Assembly (NCBI RefSeq): GCF_009914755.1 | Contig: NC_060928.1 | Direction: 5' to 3' (one strand) | Length of the DNA: 64,000 nt | Source of the DNA: the human T2T-CHM13v2.0 reference genome, Homo sapiens | Shown: positions 24,901 through 38,409 of the stretch, one piece after another | Position numbering within the stretch: position 1 is the stretch's first letter | Layout of the letters: each line of letters starts with the position of its first letter | The notes under the pieces: generated by a model | Seen by the model: only the letters and a program-made list of their open reading frames with translations | The model's database searches: none | Told to the model about the DNA's origin: nothing | Translations under genes and position numbers: made by a program

Positions 24901-27360
24901 CCTGGCAGAGACACAACAAAAAAAGAGAATTTTAGACCAATATCTCTGAGGAATATCACTGCAAAAACCCTCAATAAAATACTGGCAAACCGAATCCAGC
25001 TGCATGTCAAAAACCTTTTCCACCATGATCAAGTTGGCTTCATCCCCGGAGGCAAGTCTGGTTCAACATCCACAAATCAATAAATGTAATCCTTCACACA
25101 AGCAGAAACAACGAGGAAAACCACGATTATATCAATAGATGCAGAAAACACCTTCAACAAAATTCAACACCCTTCATGCTAGTAACTCTCAATAAACTAG
25201 GAATTGATGGAACACATTTCAAAATAATAAGAGCTATTTATGACAAACCTATAGCCAATATCATACTGAGTGGGCAAAAACTGGAAGCATTCCCTTTGAA
25301 AACTTGCACAAGACAAAGATGCCTTCTCTCACCACTCCTATTCAACACAGCATTGGAAGCTCTGGACAGGGCAATCAGGCAAGAGAAAGAAGAAAGGATA
25401 TTCAATTAGGAAAAGAGTAAGTCAAATTGTCCCCGTTTGCAGATGACATTATTGGATATTTAGAAAACCCCTTCATCTCAGCCCAAAATCTCCTTCAGCT
25501 GATAAGCAACTTCAGCAAAGTCTGAGGATACAAAATCAATGAGCAAAAATCACAAGCATTCCTATATAACAATAACAGACAAACAGCCAAATCATGATTG
25601 AACTGTCATTCACAATTGCTACAAACAGAATAAAATACCTAGGAATCCAACTTACAAGGGATGTGAAAGATCTCTTCAAGGAGTACTACAAACCACTGCT
25701 CAATGAAATAAAAGAGGACACAAACAAATGGAAGAACATTCCATGCTCATGGATAGGAAGAATTAATATCATGAAAATGGACATACTGTCCAAGGTAATT
25801 TATAGATTCAATGCCATGCCCATCAAGCTACCGATGGCTTTCTTCACAGAATTGGAAAAAACTACTTTAAAGTTCACATAGAAGCAAAAATGAGCCTGCA
25901 TTGCCAAGACAATCCTAAGCAAAAAGAACAAAGCTGGAGGCATCATGGTACCTGATGTCAAACTACATTACAAGGCTGCAGTAACCAAAACAACATGGTA
26001 CTGGTATCAAAACAGATATACAGACCAATGGAACAGAACAGAGGCCTCAGAAATAACACTACACATCTCTAACCATGTGATCTTTGACAAATCTGACAAA
26101 ATCAAGAAATGGAGAAAGGATTCCCTATTTAATAAATGGTGTTGGGAAAACACGCTAGCCATATGTAGAAAGTTGAAACGGATCCCTTCTTACATCTTAT
26201 ACAAAAATTAATTTAAGATGGATTAAAGACTTAAATGTTAGACCTGAAACCATAAAAATCCTAGAAGAAAACCTAGGCTATACCACTGAGGACTTAGGCC
26301 TGGGCAAGGGTTTCATGACTAAAACACCAAAAGCAATGGCAACAAAAGCCGAAATTGACAAATGGGATCTAATTAAGCTAAAGAGCTTCTGCACAGCAAA
26401 AGAAACTACCATCAGGGTGAACAGGCAACCTACAGAATGGGAGAAAATTTTTGCAATCTACCCATCTGACAAAGGGCTAATATCCAGAATCTACAATGAA
26501 CTTAAACAAATTTACAGGAAAAAAACAAACAACTCCATTGAAAAGTGGGCAAAGGATATGAACAGACACTTGTCAAAAGAAGACATTTATGCAGCCAAAA
26601 GACACATGAAAAAATGCTCATCATCACTGGTCATCAGAGAAATGCAAACAAAAACCACAATGAGATACCATCTCATGTGAGTTAGAATGGCCATCATTAA
26701 AAAGTCAGGAAACAACAGATACTGGAGAGGATGTGGGGAAATAGGAACGTTTTTACACTGTTGGTGGGAATGTAAATTAGTTCAACCATTGTGGAAGACA
26801 GTGTGGGGATTCCTCAAGGATCTAGAACTAGAAATACCATTTGACCCAGTTATCCCATTACTGGGTATGTACACAAAGGATAGTAAATCATGTTGCTATA
26901 AAGACACATGCACACATATGGTTATTGTAGCACTATTCACAATAGCAAAGACTTGGAACCAACCCAAATGTCCAACAGTGATAGACTGGATTAAGAAAAC
27001 GTAGCACATATACACCATGGAATACTATGCAGCCATAAATAAGGATGAGTTCATGTCCTTTTGAGGGACATGGATGAAGCTGAAAACAGTCATTCTCAGC
27101 AAACTATCACAAGGATAGAAAATCAAACACTGCATGTTCTCACTTTTAGGTAGGAAGTGAACAATGAGAACACATGGACACAGGGCGGGGAACATCACAC
27201 ACCTGGCCTGTTGGGGGTTGGGTGGCTGGTGGAGGGATAGCATTAGGAGAAATACCTAATGTAATGATGAGTTGATGCATGCAGCAAACCAAAATGGCAC
27301 ATGTATACCTATGTAACTGACCTGCACATCCTGCACATGTACCCTTGAACTTAAAGTATT
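21993..27360 (+). mobile_element. Near-full-length inactive L1PA (about L1PA6), lacking most of the 5'UTR
   Basis: ORF1 from 22262 (premature TGA 22562-22564). ORF2 from 23349, fragmented, with RT motif FADD at ~25436 and an A23 run at 23554-23576. 3'UTR ends gaacttaaagtat. Confidence 0.95.
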
Positions 27361-27480
27361 TTATATATATATAAAACTTAAAGTATTATATATATATAAT
27401 ATACACATATATACATATATATAATATACACATATATACATATATATAATATATATATACACACACACATATATAGCATA
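27361..27480. repeat. (TA)/(CA)-rich degenerate repeat at the L1PA 3' end
   Basis: Seen directly in the sequence. Confidence 0.85.
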
Positions 27481-27581
27481 GATATCATCACCAAAACAGT
27501 ATGGCAGTGGCATGAAAACAGATACATACACCAATACTATATAGAATAGAGATCCACAAAATAAATTTATGCATTTACTGC

Positions 27582-28003
27582 TGCCATAGTATGGATATTT
27601 GAGCCCTCCACACTTCATGTTAAAATTTGATCCCCAATATTGGGGGTAGAATCTAACAGAATGTGCCTTTGTCATGGAAGCAGATCCCTCATGAATAGAT
27701 TAATCCCCTGCCTGGGAGGCGAATTTTTACTCTATTAGTTCCCAGAAGAGCTAGTTGTTTTACAAAACCTGGCACTCCCTCACATCCCCTCTTTATGGTT
27801 TCCTCTCTTGTCATGAGACCTTTGCATATACCAGCTCATGTTTGCCTTCTACCACAAGTGGAAGCATCTTGAGAACCTTACCAGAGGCCAAGCAGAAGTC
27901 AGTGCTGTGCTTCTTGTACAGTATGCAGAACTATCATTCAAATAATTCTATTTGATATATAAATTTGCTAGTCTCATGTATTCCTCTATAACAACACAAA
28001 TGG
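27582..28003 (+). mobile_element. MaLR solo LTR (MST-type)
   Basis: tgccatagtatggatattt...catgttaaaatttgatccccaat...gcagatccctcatgaatag. Confidence 0.8.
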
Positions 28004-28989
28004 AGGAATATAGCAGCTAACTGACTTTTGACAAAGGTGCCAAGAACACATAATAGAAAAAAGGCAACCTCTTCACTAAATGGTGCTAGGAAAACTGCAT
28101 ATCCACATGCAGAAAATGAAACTAGACCTCTATCCCTCACCATATACAAAGTAAGTAAAAATGAATTACAAAGTTAAATATAAGGCCAAACATTATACAA
28201 CTACTAGAAGAAACTGTAGGAGGAATGATTTGTGACATTGGTCTAGGCAAGGATTTTTTTGGATAGGACTTCAGAAGCACAGCCAACAAAAGGAAAAGTA
28301 GATAAATGGGTTATATCAAAGCATTGAGCTTGTGCAGAGAAAATGAAGCAAACAACAGGGTGAAGAGACAATTCACAACATGAAAAATATTTGCAAACTA
28401 TGAATCTGACAATAAGTTACTATCTCAAATATACATAGAAGTCACATCAGTCAATAAAAATAAATTACTAATTTGATTAAAAAATAAGCAAAAGACCTGA
28501 ATAGACACTTCTCAAAAGAAGACTATCAGTGACTAAGAAGTATAATTACAAAATGCTCAAAATCACTAATCATCAGGGAAATGCAAATCAAAACTACAAT
28601 GAGATATCACATCACCCCTGTTATGGCTATTATCAAAAGGCAAAAATAACAAGTGCTAGAAAGTATGCAGAGAAAGAAGATCTTTTATAAACTGTTGAGG
28701 GAAATGCAAATTAGTACAATTAGTAAGGAAAACGGTATGGTAGTTCCTCAAAAAATGAAAATAGAACTACCATATTATACAGCATTTCCATTACTGGGTG
28801 TATATTTAAATAAACTAAGAAGTCATAGAGATATCTGTCCTTCTATGTTTACATCAACATTATTCATATACCCAAGGGATGAATCAACCTAAACATCCAT
28901 TAATGAAGAAATACATAAAGAAAATATGGAAAAAATATACATATATATATGTCCATTCCATTGGATATATATACACACATTTGAAAATA

Positions 28990-29022
<33 letters not shown>

Positions 29023-30238
29023 GCAATGAAATGGATATGTATATTGCGTGTGTTTATATGTATAGATATATATTTCTATTCCATTATATATATATATCCA
29101 TTCCATTAGATATATATAAGCTTTATTTCTATTATATATTAACTTTTTTATAGCTCAATAGCATTCCACTGGAGATATATATATATATATACATTTTCCA
29201 ATGTTTATATATATCCATTTCATTAAATATATATTGGAAAAAAAAGAATGAAATCCTGTCATTTGTAGAAACATGAATGAACCTCCAGGGCATAATGTTA
29301 ACTGAAATAATCCAGGCAGAGATAGCATGGTATCCCTTATATGTGGAATCAAAAAATGCATTCATAATATAATTAGAGAGTAGAATTGTGGTTACTAGAG
29401 GCTGAAGAGATAGTAGGGAGGGCAATGAGAAATGGTGGATCAATGGATACAACGTTTAAATTTGGAAGAATATGTTCTGTTATTATATTAAGTTGTTGGG
29501 TAACTATAGTTAATAGTAATGTATTACATATTTCAAGATAGCCAGAAAGGAGGTTTTTGAATGTTATCACCACAAAGAAATGATAAATATTTAGATGATG
29601 GGTTTATTATCTTGATGTAATTATTACACAACATTTAAATGTATTGTAATACCACAGCATTTCTCTTAAACATGTGCAATTATTACATGTCAAATTTAAA
29701 AAATAAAAATAAATATTTAGTGTAAGACAGCCCTAAAATATATCTCAATTAAACTTGTAAAATTATCAGCACAAAAGCTTTTACCTAATAAATTATTACT
29801 GTATGGATCTAACTTTTTTAAAAATATGTCTTCTATGATTATTTCTATGAGTGTGTGTTTGTGTGTGTGTGTTTGTGTGTGTGTGTAAAACTGGGAGTGT
29901 GGGAATAAAGGGTAGAATGGCATGGGAGATTACCTAGAGAATGATGGAAATTGTCAGCTCTCCTTCTGTATTTCTATTTTAGATACAGATGCCATGGCTT
30001 AAGAGAGCTTGGTTTTCTGGTATAACTTTCCTGGTAAGTAAAGTGATATTAATAATTAATAAATAAAATTATATTCATCAATACACATCTTACTATAAAA
30101 CCAATAATTTTTCTGGAAATCCTACTGGCTCTGAAACCTTCCTTATAGGATTTTGATTATATTTCCATAAAATGGGAAATGAGGGTTTTCTTTTCACTCT
30201 GTAGTAATAGGTAAACCCAGTATTGTTACCATAGCTAT

Positions 30239-31120
30239 TGTGGTAAATTCTTATAATTTTATGTTGTCTGGCTATGCATTTAAAATATAAGTTGAATTTT
30301 CCATACCAGAAGCAGGTCTTAGTCAACACTGACACCGTTTAAAATCTTCCACCTCCTTCCATTTCCTCAATGTGTTCAGTCAGGATTTTTACTTACACAC
30401 TGCCTCCTGGTAACCACCCTATAGGACAACTAGATACAGCCTACTTGGGCTTGAATCACTGATCAGATTCTGTGCAGATATGCCAAAGTGACTATCTTTC
30501 AGTCTCAGAATGCCTCCATGGACTTTGTGCCTGCTTGCATTAAACCTACCAATTACAGTTCCCCATTGGAAACCCACCTAGGTAACACCCTGGATCCCAG
30601 TTAACATTTTGGCACATAGATCCCTCACTCTCTTTCTTGGTCTCCATTCATTGGTTGAATGTGCTTTTCCCAGAGAATTTTCTTCTTCCTAGTGGCCTTA
30701 CAAGGGATGCTGAACTCTTTTCTCTAGAAATGGTCAAAGAAGACTGTTTCTGTTATTTTATGTGTTTGGTTAAGTTTCTCCCATGTTTTCTCACTTGACC
30801 AACACAAATATAACATCTGGCCTTGTCAGGGTTTCCTATAATGTGGTTACCTTTGTAGGGATAAAGAAGACATAGGTCATACAAGAGACACAGTGGTGTC
30901 TTCCAGTGTAAACAAGTTCCCTATAAGAACAATCTTGGTATAGATTGCACACTTAGGCATTAGGCTGTTCATCAGAATAAAAAGTATCCCGTAAGAGGTA
31001 GATTATGAACATCCATGACTAAATATCCTAGAACCTTGTCAGGTCAAGGCTAGAGCTAATAGCCACTTTTGGGACAGTGAACTCAAGACATACTTACAAA
31101 ACTATTAAAAAACTATAACA
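30239..31120 (+). mobile_element. ERVL-type solo LTR (MER54-like)
   Basis: Starts TGTGGTAAATTCTTATAATTTTATGTTG...CATACCAGAAGCAGG. Possible 5-bp TSD gctat/actat. Confidence 0.7.
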
Positions 31121-31957
31121 ACTATTACTCACTTTTACTTCTCAATATTGTTTCTTTCAACATTCCTTGAACTATAAATTTTTTCCTCTGATGATTTAGG
31201 AATATAGTATACAATTTTATTTTCACTCCAAAACAAACCTGCAGGCTGCAAAATTATTTCTATGAGCTCTACTTTGTCCTGATAACTATCGATATTTAGA
31301 TTTCTGTCCACAGAGGTTGAAACCTTGTTTTTCTCAAATGGCTTTTATTAAACCTCACCTAACATTCTCACGAGCTCAAAGTGGATAGTCACAACACAGA
31401 ATTCATCATATAAATCACAAACAAGATGACTTCTAAGCACTTATTTGAGTAAAAGTCATCACTATCATTAAACACTTAAACTTTCCATTTATTGAAATTT
31501 TCTTTTATTCTTTGTCTTCCTTCATCACTTATTTTCTCTCACTCACCAACTCCTGTGGAATATATCCAATATGTCTCATGAAAATATGCTTATTTCTGTA
31601 CTATCATGACAAATATCCTTGTTCATAAGCCCAATTTGATTGTGAGAAAGGCTAGAGCATTCTTTTTAGTGATCTTCATGGCTCCAATTCCCTATTAATT
31701 CAATTTATTATCCAAACTATTGTAATACTAGTATTTTAAAATCTATTCTAATCATGAAATTCTTCTGCCTACTTTCTCAATATAATACCGAAAAGACATA
31801 TAATCACCTATAAGAGCCCCTGTGGCATGGAAAATAAATATGGAGCTGCAAACAGACGACATTCAACATCATCCTTCTATAACTAAGGTTGTAATCTTTC
31901 AAGGGAAAACAAGTCATGTCATAAAGTACATAATATTCCTTAATACAATAGTCCTAC

Positions 31958-32106
31958 CTTAGGCAAAGCTTTGGCAGGTTTACAGTGCAATCCTCCAACA
32001 AACTCAAAGTTAGGTTGGTATGGTTGAGGAAATTCAAAATCCCAATATGTTCGTATTAGCCATATCTCAGCTTTTCCCACAGTCTCACATAATGTAGTGG
32101 GCCTTC
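31958..32106 (-). CDS. UGT2A3: UGT2A3 exon 2
   Basis: 149 nt: (G)[49 protein letters not shown]. Acceptor ttttattgag|GA, donor AAG|gtagga. Not in the ORF track; read manually. Confidence 0.95.
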
Positions 32107-32261
32107 CTCAATAAAAGAAATAACAGAATGAATTAGCATACAATTCAAATAAAAAATTGTATCACTAATTTTTCAGTAAGCTATTAAGAAAAAAATAAGT
32201 TTAAGTCCTCTAGAACAACATGGCTTTTAGACGTCAAATGGAAGGGGGAATTAATGAAATA

Positions 32262-32405
32262 ATAAAGAAGAAAAAAGAAAGAAAGGAAAAAAGAAGGAAG
32301 GACAGAGAAAGAAAGGAGGGAAGGAAGAAAGGAAGGAAGGAAGGATGGAGGGAGGGAAGGATGGAAAGAAGGAAGGAAGGAAGGAAAGAAGGAAGGAAGG
32401 AAGGA
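32262..32405. repeat. (GGAA)n/(GAAA)n purine-rich microsatellite
   Basis: Seen directly in the sequence. Confidence 0.95.
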
Positions 32406-35063
32406 GCAAAGGACAGATGGTTATATTTAAGTGTATTTTCACAACTTAAAGACACAAATCCAAAATGCAAATGAATTTATTACTCATTTTTTCCTCTGCA
32501 AGTGAATTGCAGATGATAAATGAGTACCACAATATCTTCACTAAATAACATCTCTGTATTTTCTAATCTATAGTCAAGGGTATATCTTTCAATAATCCCA
32601 CCAGGATCAGTTCCCTTTAACTTGCTGTATTGCATATCATTACTTTAATTAATAGGCTACTGTTTTATTAGGAGAAATTCCTTTACTGATTCTTACCCAT
32701 GACAATATTCTTTTTGGGTTGTGAAGCACCTATGTACATGCTATGATAATCATACACTTACTTTAGTGTTTCTCTCAAATGATGTGTTTTGAAGGAAAAC
32801 ACATTTTCAAGATTTAATTTTAGGTTTTTAATCAGAAGAATGGCTAACTACAAATAACTAAGTAATTAGTATCTCTTTACAAAAACATATTTTGCAAGTG
32901 ATAAAAAGATAAACTCCATAAGAGAATTTGTTTCTCTTTAAAATTCTAATCAAAGTTGGTGGTGTTATACACCATAGTGTGGAGAGCCTCTTTTTAAGGT
33001 CATCACATTTTAATGTTTGAAGTTTTTTCCTAGGTCATAAATCCAAACGCCTTGAATTTGATAGTGAATAAATTTTACTGAAGATACTCAGTTTGAAGTT
33101 ATCAGAAATTAGAATAGAGCCTTCTCTCAGCTTCCAAGCAAATGCATTTATGTCTTATAAATTTGTTGTTTTCTGTGCCTCACATGCTGCCTGCATTACC
33201 AACTTGTAGGTGATTTTAATTACTATGATATTAGGACTCATTTAAGAAAGACTCAGTTTTAAACAATTGGAGTCATTCAATGTTTAAAGGATAAATACAC
33301 AGTAACAAGGATAAAGATGATCAAAGGAAAGAAAATTAAATTTGCTTTTTATACTAATAAAATAATTTCACATCTTATTTGAAATGCCATACACACATAT
33401 CTTGGAGATATTGCAAGATAAGTTGCAGTTCATCTCAATAAAAGGAATATGTCAATAAAGTGATTCACACAAATTTGGGTCCCAGGACATATAAAAGTTA
33501 TGTTAACCATACCTTGTAGGCTATTAGCTGTGCAATATCATCACGTTTAAAAAGGAATGCACATACCTTAGTTAAAAGTATGGCTAAAAAGTGCTAATAA
33601 TAAGCTGAGTCTTCAGCAAGTGAGGTTTTTTATTTTTATTTTTTCTGGTGTAGGGTCTTGCCTCAGTGCTGATTACTGTTGATTGATCAGGGCAGCTGGA
33701 CAATTTTTAAAATTAGACAACAAAGATTGTTGCATGAATTGACTCATCTTTTCATGAAAGATTTCTCTGTAGCATATGATGATGTTTCACAGCAGTTTAC
33801 CCATAGTAGAATTTCTTTCAAAATTTGAGTCCATTCTCTCAAACCTTGATGCTGCCTTATCTACTAATTTTGTGTAATATTCTAAGTCATTTGTAGCCAT
33901 TTCAACAATGTTCATAGCATTTTCACTCGGAGAAGATTCCAACTCACAAAACCAATTTCTGTGTTCATCTATAAAAAGTAACTGTTTAAAAAGCACCTCC
34001 TCACCGGTTTTACAGGTTTTAGTTTTATCATGATATTATAGCAATTTAGACAAACCTTCAGGCCCACTTATAATTCTATTTATTTTTTCATGACCACCCC
34101 ATCCCCAGTTAATTCTTCACATGATGTCTTCAATCCCTCAAAATCATCCAGGAGAGTTAGAATCAAATTTTTTCCAAACTCTTGTTAATGTTAATATCTT
34201 GACTTCCTCTCATGAACCATGAATGTTCTTAATGGAATCTAGAATGAAAAATCCTTTTGAAAAGGTTTTCAATATACTTTCCCCATTAGTAAGAGCTATA
34301 GCCTTACAAAATATATTTCTTACATAAGACTTGAAAGTCAAGGCTATATGATCCATGGCATGTAAGATGGATGTAATAATAGCAAGCAGGCAAACATTAA
34401 TATCTGTACATCTTAATCAGAGCCCTTTGTTGACCATGTGAATTGTCAATGAGCAGCAATATTTTGAAAGGAATCCTCTTTTTTGAGCAATAGGTCTCAA
34501 CAGTGTGCTTAAAATATTCAATAAGCCATGTCATATACCAATGTGATATCATCCAGGCTTTGTTGTTCCATTGATATAACACAGGCAAAGTAGATTTAAC
34601 ATAATTATTAAGAGTCCTCTATAATTATTACAAAAAGTAAATGGGCATTGGCTTTACCTTTGTCATCAGCTGCATTAGCCACTACAAGAGATTCAGCCTG
34701 TTTTTTGTAGCTTCAGAGACAAGCATTGACTTCTCTTCTCTAGCTATGAAAGTTTTAAATGGCATCTTCTTCCAACAGAAGGCTGTTAGGTCTACATTGA
34801 AAATCATTTGTTTACTGTAGCCACATTTACTGAGTATATTAGCTAAGTCTTCTGCATGACTTCCTATTGCTTCACATTGAACTTTTGCATCATGTAGGCA
34901 GTTTATTCCTGTAAACCTCATTAGTCAACCTCTACTAGCTTCAGTCTTTTTTTCTGCATCTTCCTCTCCTCTCTGAGGTTTCATGCAATTGAATAGTTAA
35001 CGCTTTACTATGTATTAGTTTTTAGCTAATGCCAAAACCTAAGGTGATGTTGTGGTTGGTTTA

Positions 35064-35262
35064 ATTTTTTTTCTTTTCTTTTTCTTCTTTTTTTTTTTTT
35101 TTTTTTTTGGTAGTGGTTTTGCTCTATCACCTAGGTTGGAGTGCAGTGGAGCAATCATAGCTCACTGCAGCCTTGGACTTCAAACTTCTGGGCTCAAGCC
35201 GTTCTCCCACCTGAGCCTCCCAAGTTACTGGGATTACAGATATGAATCACTGCAGCTGGCTA
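35064..35262 (-). mobile_element. Alu monomer (FRAM/AluJ-like) nested in Tigger1
   Basis: Poly-T followed by a single Alu arm. Confidence 0.85.
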
Positions 35263-35439
35263 GCTAATTTGATTTTCTCTCCAGACAACTAAAATTTTCT
35301 CCATATCAGCACTGATAATGGTTATTTGTTCTTATCATTTGTATGTACACTGGAGTAGCACTTTTAATTTCCTCCAAAAACTTTTCCTTTGCACTCACAT
35401 CTTGTTTAACTGTTTGGTGCAATGGTGTAGTTTTTGGCC

Positions 35440-35877
35440 TGTCCCAGGCTTTTTTTGTTGCTACAAAGGAATAACTGAGGCTGTCTAATTTGTAAAAGAA
35501 AAAGGTTTTTATTTGGCTCACAATTCTTCAGGGTATACAAGAGGCATGGCACCAACATCTGTGTCTGGTGAAGACCTCTGGTTTCCTCCACTCATTGAAG
35601 AAGATGTTGGGAGCCAGCAAGTGCAGGGATCAGATAATGAGAGATATGCAAGAGAAAGAAGGTGGATGTTCCTGGCTCTTTTTAATAATTATCTCTCCTG
35701 GGACCTAATAGAGTGAGAACGAACTCACCCATTTCCCCAGGGAGAGCATTAATGTACTCATAAGGAATCTACCCTCATGACCCTAACACTTCCCATCAAG
35801 CCCCACCTCCAATATTGGTGATCAAATTTCAACACAGGATTTTGTAGGGTCAAGCAAACCATATCTAAACTATAGTA
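35440..35877 (-). mobile_element. MaLR solo LTR (MSTB-like) nested in Tigger1
   Basis: gttgctacaaaggaataactgaggctg...ttggctcacaattct...ccccacctccaa...caaatttcaaca. Confidence 0.8.
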
Positions 35878-37694
35878 CTCATTAAACTTATTCCTTTATA
35901 TTTTTGGTTTAAATTGAGAGACCTGCTACTTTTCTTTTCACTGGAACATTTAGAAGTCATTGTATGTTATATTACTGTGTCTCAGGGAATAGGGAGGCCT
36001 AAGAAGAAGTGGGATGGGGAAACGAATCAGCGGAGCAGTTAGTACATGCACAACATTTATAATTAAGTTTGCTGTCTTATATTGTAACACATCAAGGTGC
36101 CCCCAAGCTAATAAACGTGTAACCATCAAGGAACACTGATCCCAGATCACCGTAACAGATATAACAATGAAAAATTTGAAAAAGCATGATAAATGCCAAT
36201 ATGTGATAGAGTCAAAAGTACACACTTGTTGTTGGAAATATTACGCCAAATTGATTAGCTTGATTCAAGGTTTTCAAAAACCTTTAATTTGTAAATTGCA
36301 ATTTTTGTGAAGGACAATAAAGCAATGTATAATAAAATGAAATACACCTGTGCGTAAGCACTTATGGAAATAAATCCTTGAATTGAAATTGACTGATATC
36401 CCTTTTCCTATAGTTGTTTGAATATATACTCTTGATTTAGACTCACAATAGATAATTCTATAAAATATATAATAATCAATAATTTAGTAAGTTGGAGCTA
36501 CATAATAAATATAGTTATTAAATGAATTTCTTATATATCAAGCTGCTCCATGATTTTTAAAGAATTGTTGGGGAATTTCTGAATGCATGGCCAGAACCCA
36601 CTTTTGTTTATTGGAAAATGCTCTTTCACCCCTTTGATAACACTTTTGTTTTATTTTAAATTTCAATCTTGTCAGGGGGCTTTTACTATAATCCTATTTT
36701 ACCAAAATTTGCCAGTGACCTCTATATAGCTGTACCCCTTTAAATTAATATCTGAATGTAGACTTGAGGCCAAGAGATTTGTATTGTTTACCTAGATCCA
36801 TAAAGCCTGGTAGGCTATCTGCAGCTAGGCACAGCTTACTGAATGGAAAATTATTTAAAGCAAATCAATATATGTAAATTCAAATCATGTCTAAGGCTAA
36901 GGACATTTGAACTGGGATCCTCTGAATATTAGTTCTGTGAAACAGTCTATGCATAAGAATTCGTTGGAATACATTAAACAATATTTTAGTGTCGGATATA
37001 ATTGTACCTTTTTTCATGTTTCTACATAATTCTCAAACATATTTGGATAAAAACATGTCTTGCATTGACCAGCTCTGATCACAACTATATGAAAATTGCA
37101 AAGCAAAACAACTTTTTATCAGTAAAGCAAAGAAATAAAAATAAGTCAAATAGGTGTATATCAGTAAAGTAAAAATTCTACTATCTTATGCCCCACAAGA
37201 CCGTAAGTTTTTTAACTTTTTATAATATTTTTTCAAGTTTTTGTGAAGTAATCACCTAAGAAATTAAAGAATTCTAGAAAATGTTCAATTTAATGACTCT
37301 TGAAAAATTAATTCAAAGAAGACCTTCTGAAGATTTTCTTAAATACATGATGAGAGAGAAAATAATGATTAGCATTTTATTTCAATAGAAATTCTATAAC
37401 ATTCAGACTAACAATCAGTGATTCTCAAAAATATGTGATGTTGATTTGCGCTATTTGGAGGAAATACAAAATATAATCTCTTAGTTATTGATGATCATTT
37501 TTAAGTATATTACTGGTATTAAGAAAGTAGGTTATCTTACGCTTAGAACAAATACACTTTCTTTATGAAAAACAGCTACAACATTTTCTAAAAAAACTCA
37601 TTGACCTGCATATATATGTCATAGACAATGTATGACAATTTTTAAAAATATTTCTTTTGATAACTAAATTAAAAATAAAACAAAAGTGTCTTAC

Positions 37695-38409
37695 CTAATG
37701 CCTTACTATAAAACTCTTCCCAAAAATGATAGTCGTAATCCTGAATCCAGAAGTGGAACAAAACTGAAAGCATTGAATTTTTTACTCTTTCCAGAAAGGT
37801 CATTCTGTCTGTTAGTCCTGTCATAGGCACAGGTACATAGGAAAGTGGAGCTGGAAGTTTCCCACAGCTTCGCTCCATATTGCCTCCTACAGAAATTCTA
37901 AGTGTGAGCACAAAAGGGACTGCAAGCAACTCAGCCATCAGGTCTCCACAGGGAATCACAGGGTCTATAAGCATTACATCGTAGTTGGTTTCCTGTAGCT
38001 TCTTCATAAGCGTCTGATTGTAGATAAAGCTCTCACACATCATTTTTAAAGTTCCTCTTATTTCAACAAAAAAATCATTTAATTTTATAACTGATTGCCA
38101 GGTTGATAAGCCTGGCAAGACATTCAGAGCTAGGTCAACAAATATTTCATTTTCTTCTGTTCTGTCCTGTGGCATATGGACCACCTCAAATTTCAATGCA
38201 GAAGGCTTCCTGTAGTCAATTAACGAAGGCTTTGAGTGAGTCAATACTGTTACCTCATGGCCTCTCACTATGAGCTCTTCTAGAATGACCTTGACATTAA
38301 GCCAATGGCTCATGTCACAGGGCCACACCAGGACTTTCCCACAGAATCCACAGCCAACACAGAAGAGCTGCAGGAGCAGAAATACCAAAGCTGACTTGTC
38401 AGACCTCAT
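37695..38409 (-). CDS. UGT2A3: UDP-glucuronosyltransferase 2A3, coding exon 1 (signal peptide and aglycone-binding domain)
   Basis: ATG at 38409 in GCCATCATGA context. Translates MRSDKSALVFLLLQLFCVGCGFCGKVLVWPCDMSHW (catalytic His35)...EEFYSKALG. 715 nt, ending at phase-1 donor G|GTAAGA. Confidence 0.97.

Larger units (their letters stand above)
19770..29715 (+). mobile_element. Old L1MA-type element in UGT2A3 intron 2 (antisense to the gene), fragmented by nested insertions
   Basis: 5' end gactgacatcagcgagatggtggaatagaag at 19771. ORF2 remnants at 20960-21915 and 27480-28930. L1MA-type 3'UTR ends in an A-rich tail at ~29715. Confidence 0.8.
33392..36350 (-). mobile_element. Essentially full-length degenerate Tigger1 (pogo-like DNA transposon) in UGT2A3 intron 1
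   Basis: Both terminal regions recognisable. Transposase remnants [30 protein letters not shown] and AASRFERMDSNFER on -. Confidence 0.92.

Noticed and set aside
22262-27004. L1 ORF1/ORF2 fragments as active or novel reverse transcriptase genes
   Set aside because: Many stops and frameshifts and most of the 5'UTR promoter is missing. This is an ordinary dead L1PA.
21847-32474. Low-complexity ORFs (YIYIYI, KEGRKEGR, LPSF repeats)
   Set aside because: Artefacts of (TA)n and (GGAA)n microsatellites.
33787-34921. Transposase-like ORFs as a domesticated TIGD-type gene
   Set aside because: Short fragments in different frames inside a decayed Tigger1 with nested insertions.
37669-37694. Exon 1 frame running on into the intron (KTLLFYF*)
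   Set aside because: A canonical GTAAGA donor sits at the conserved UGT2 position. The read-through is incidental.
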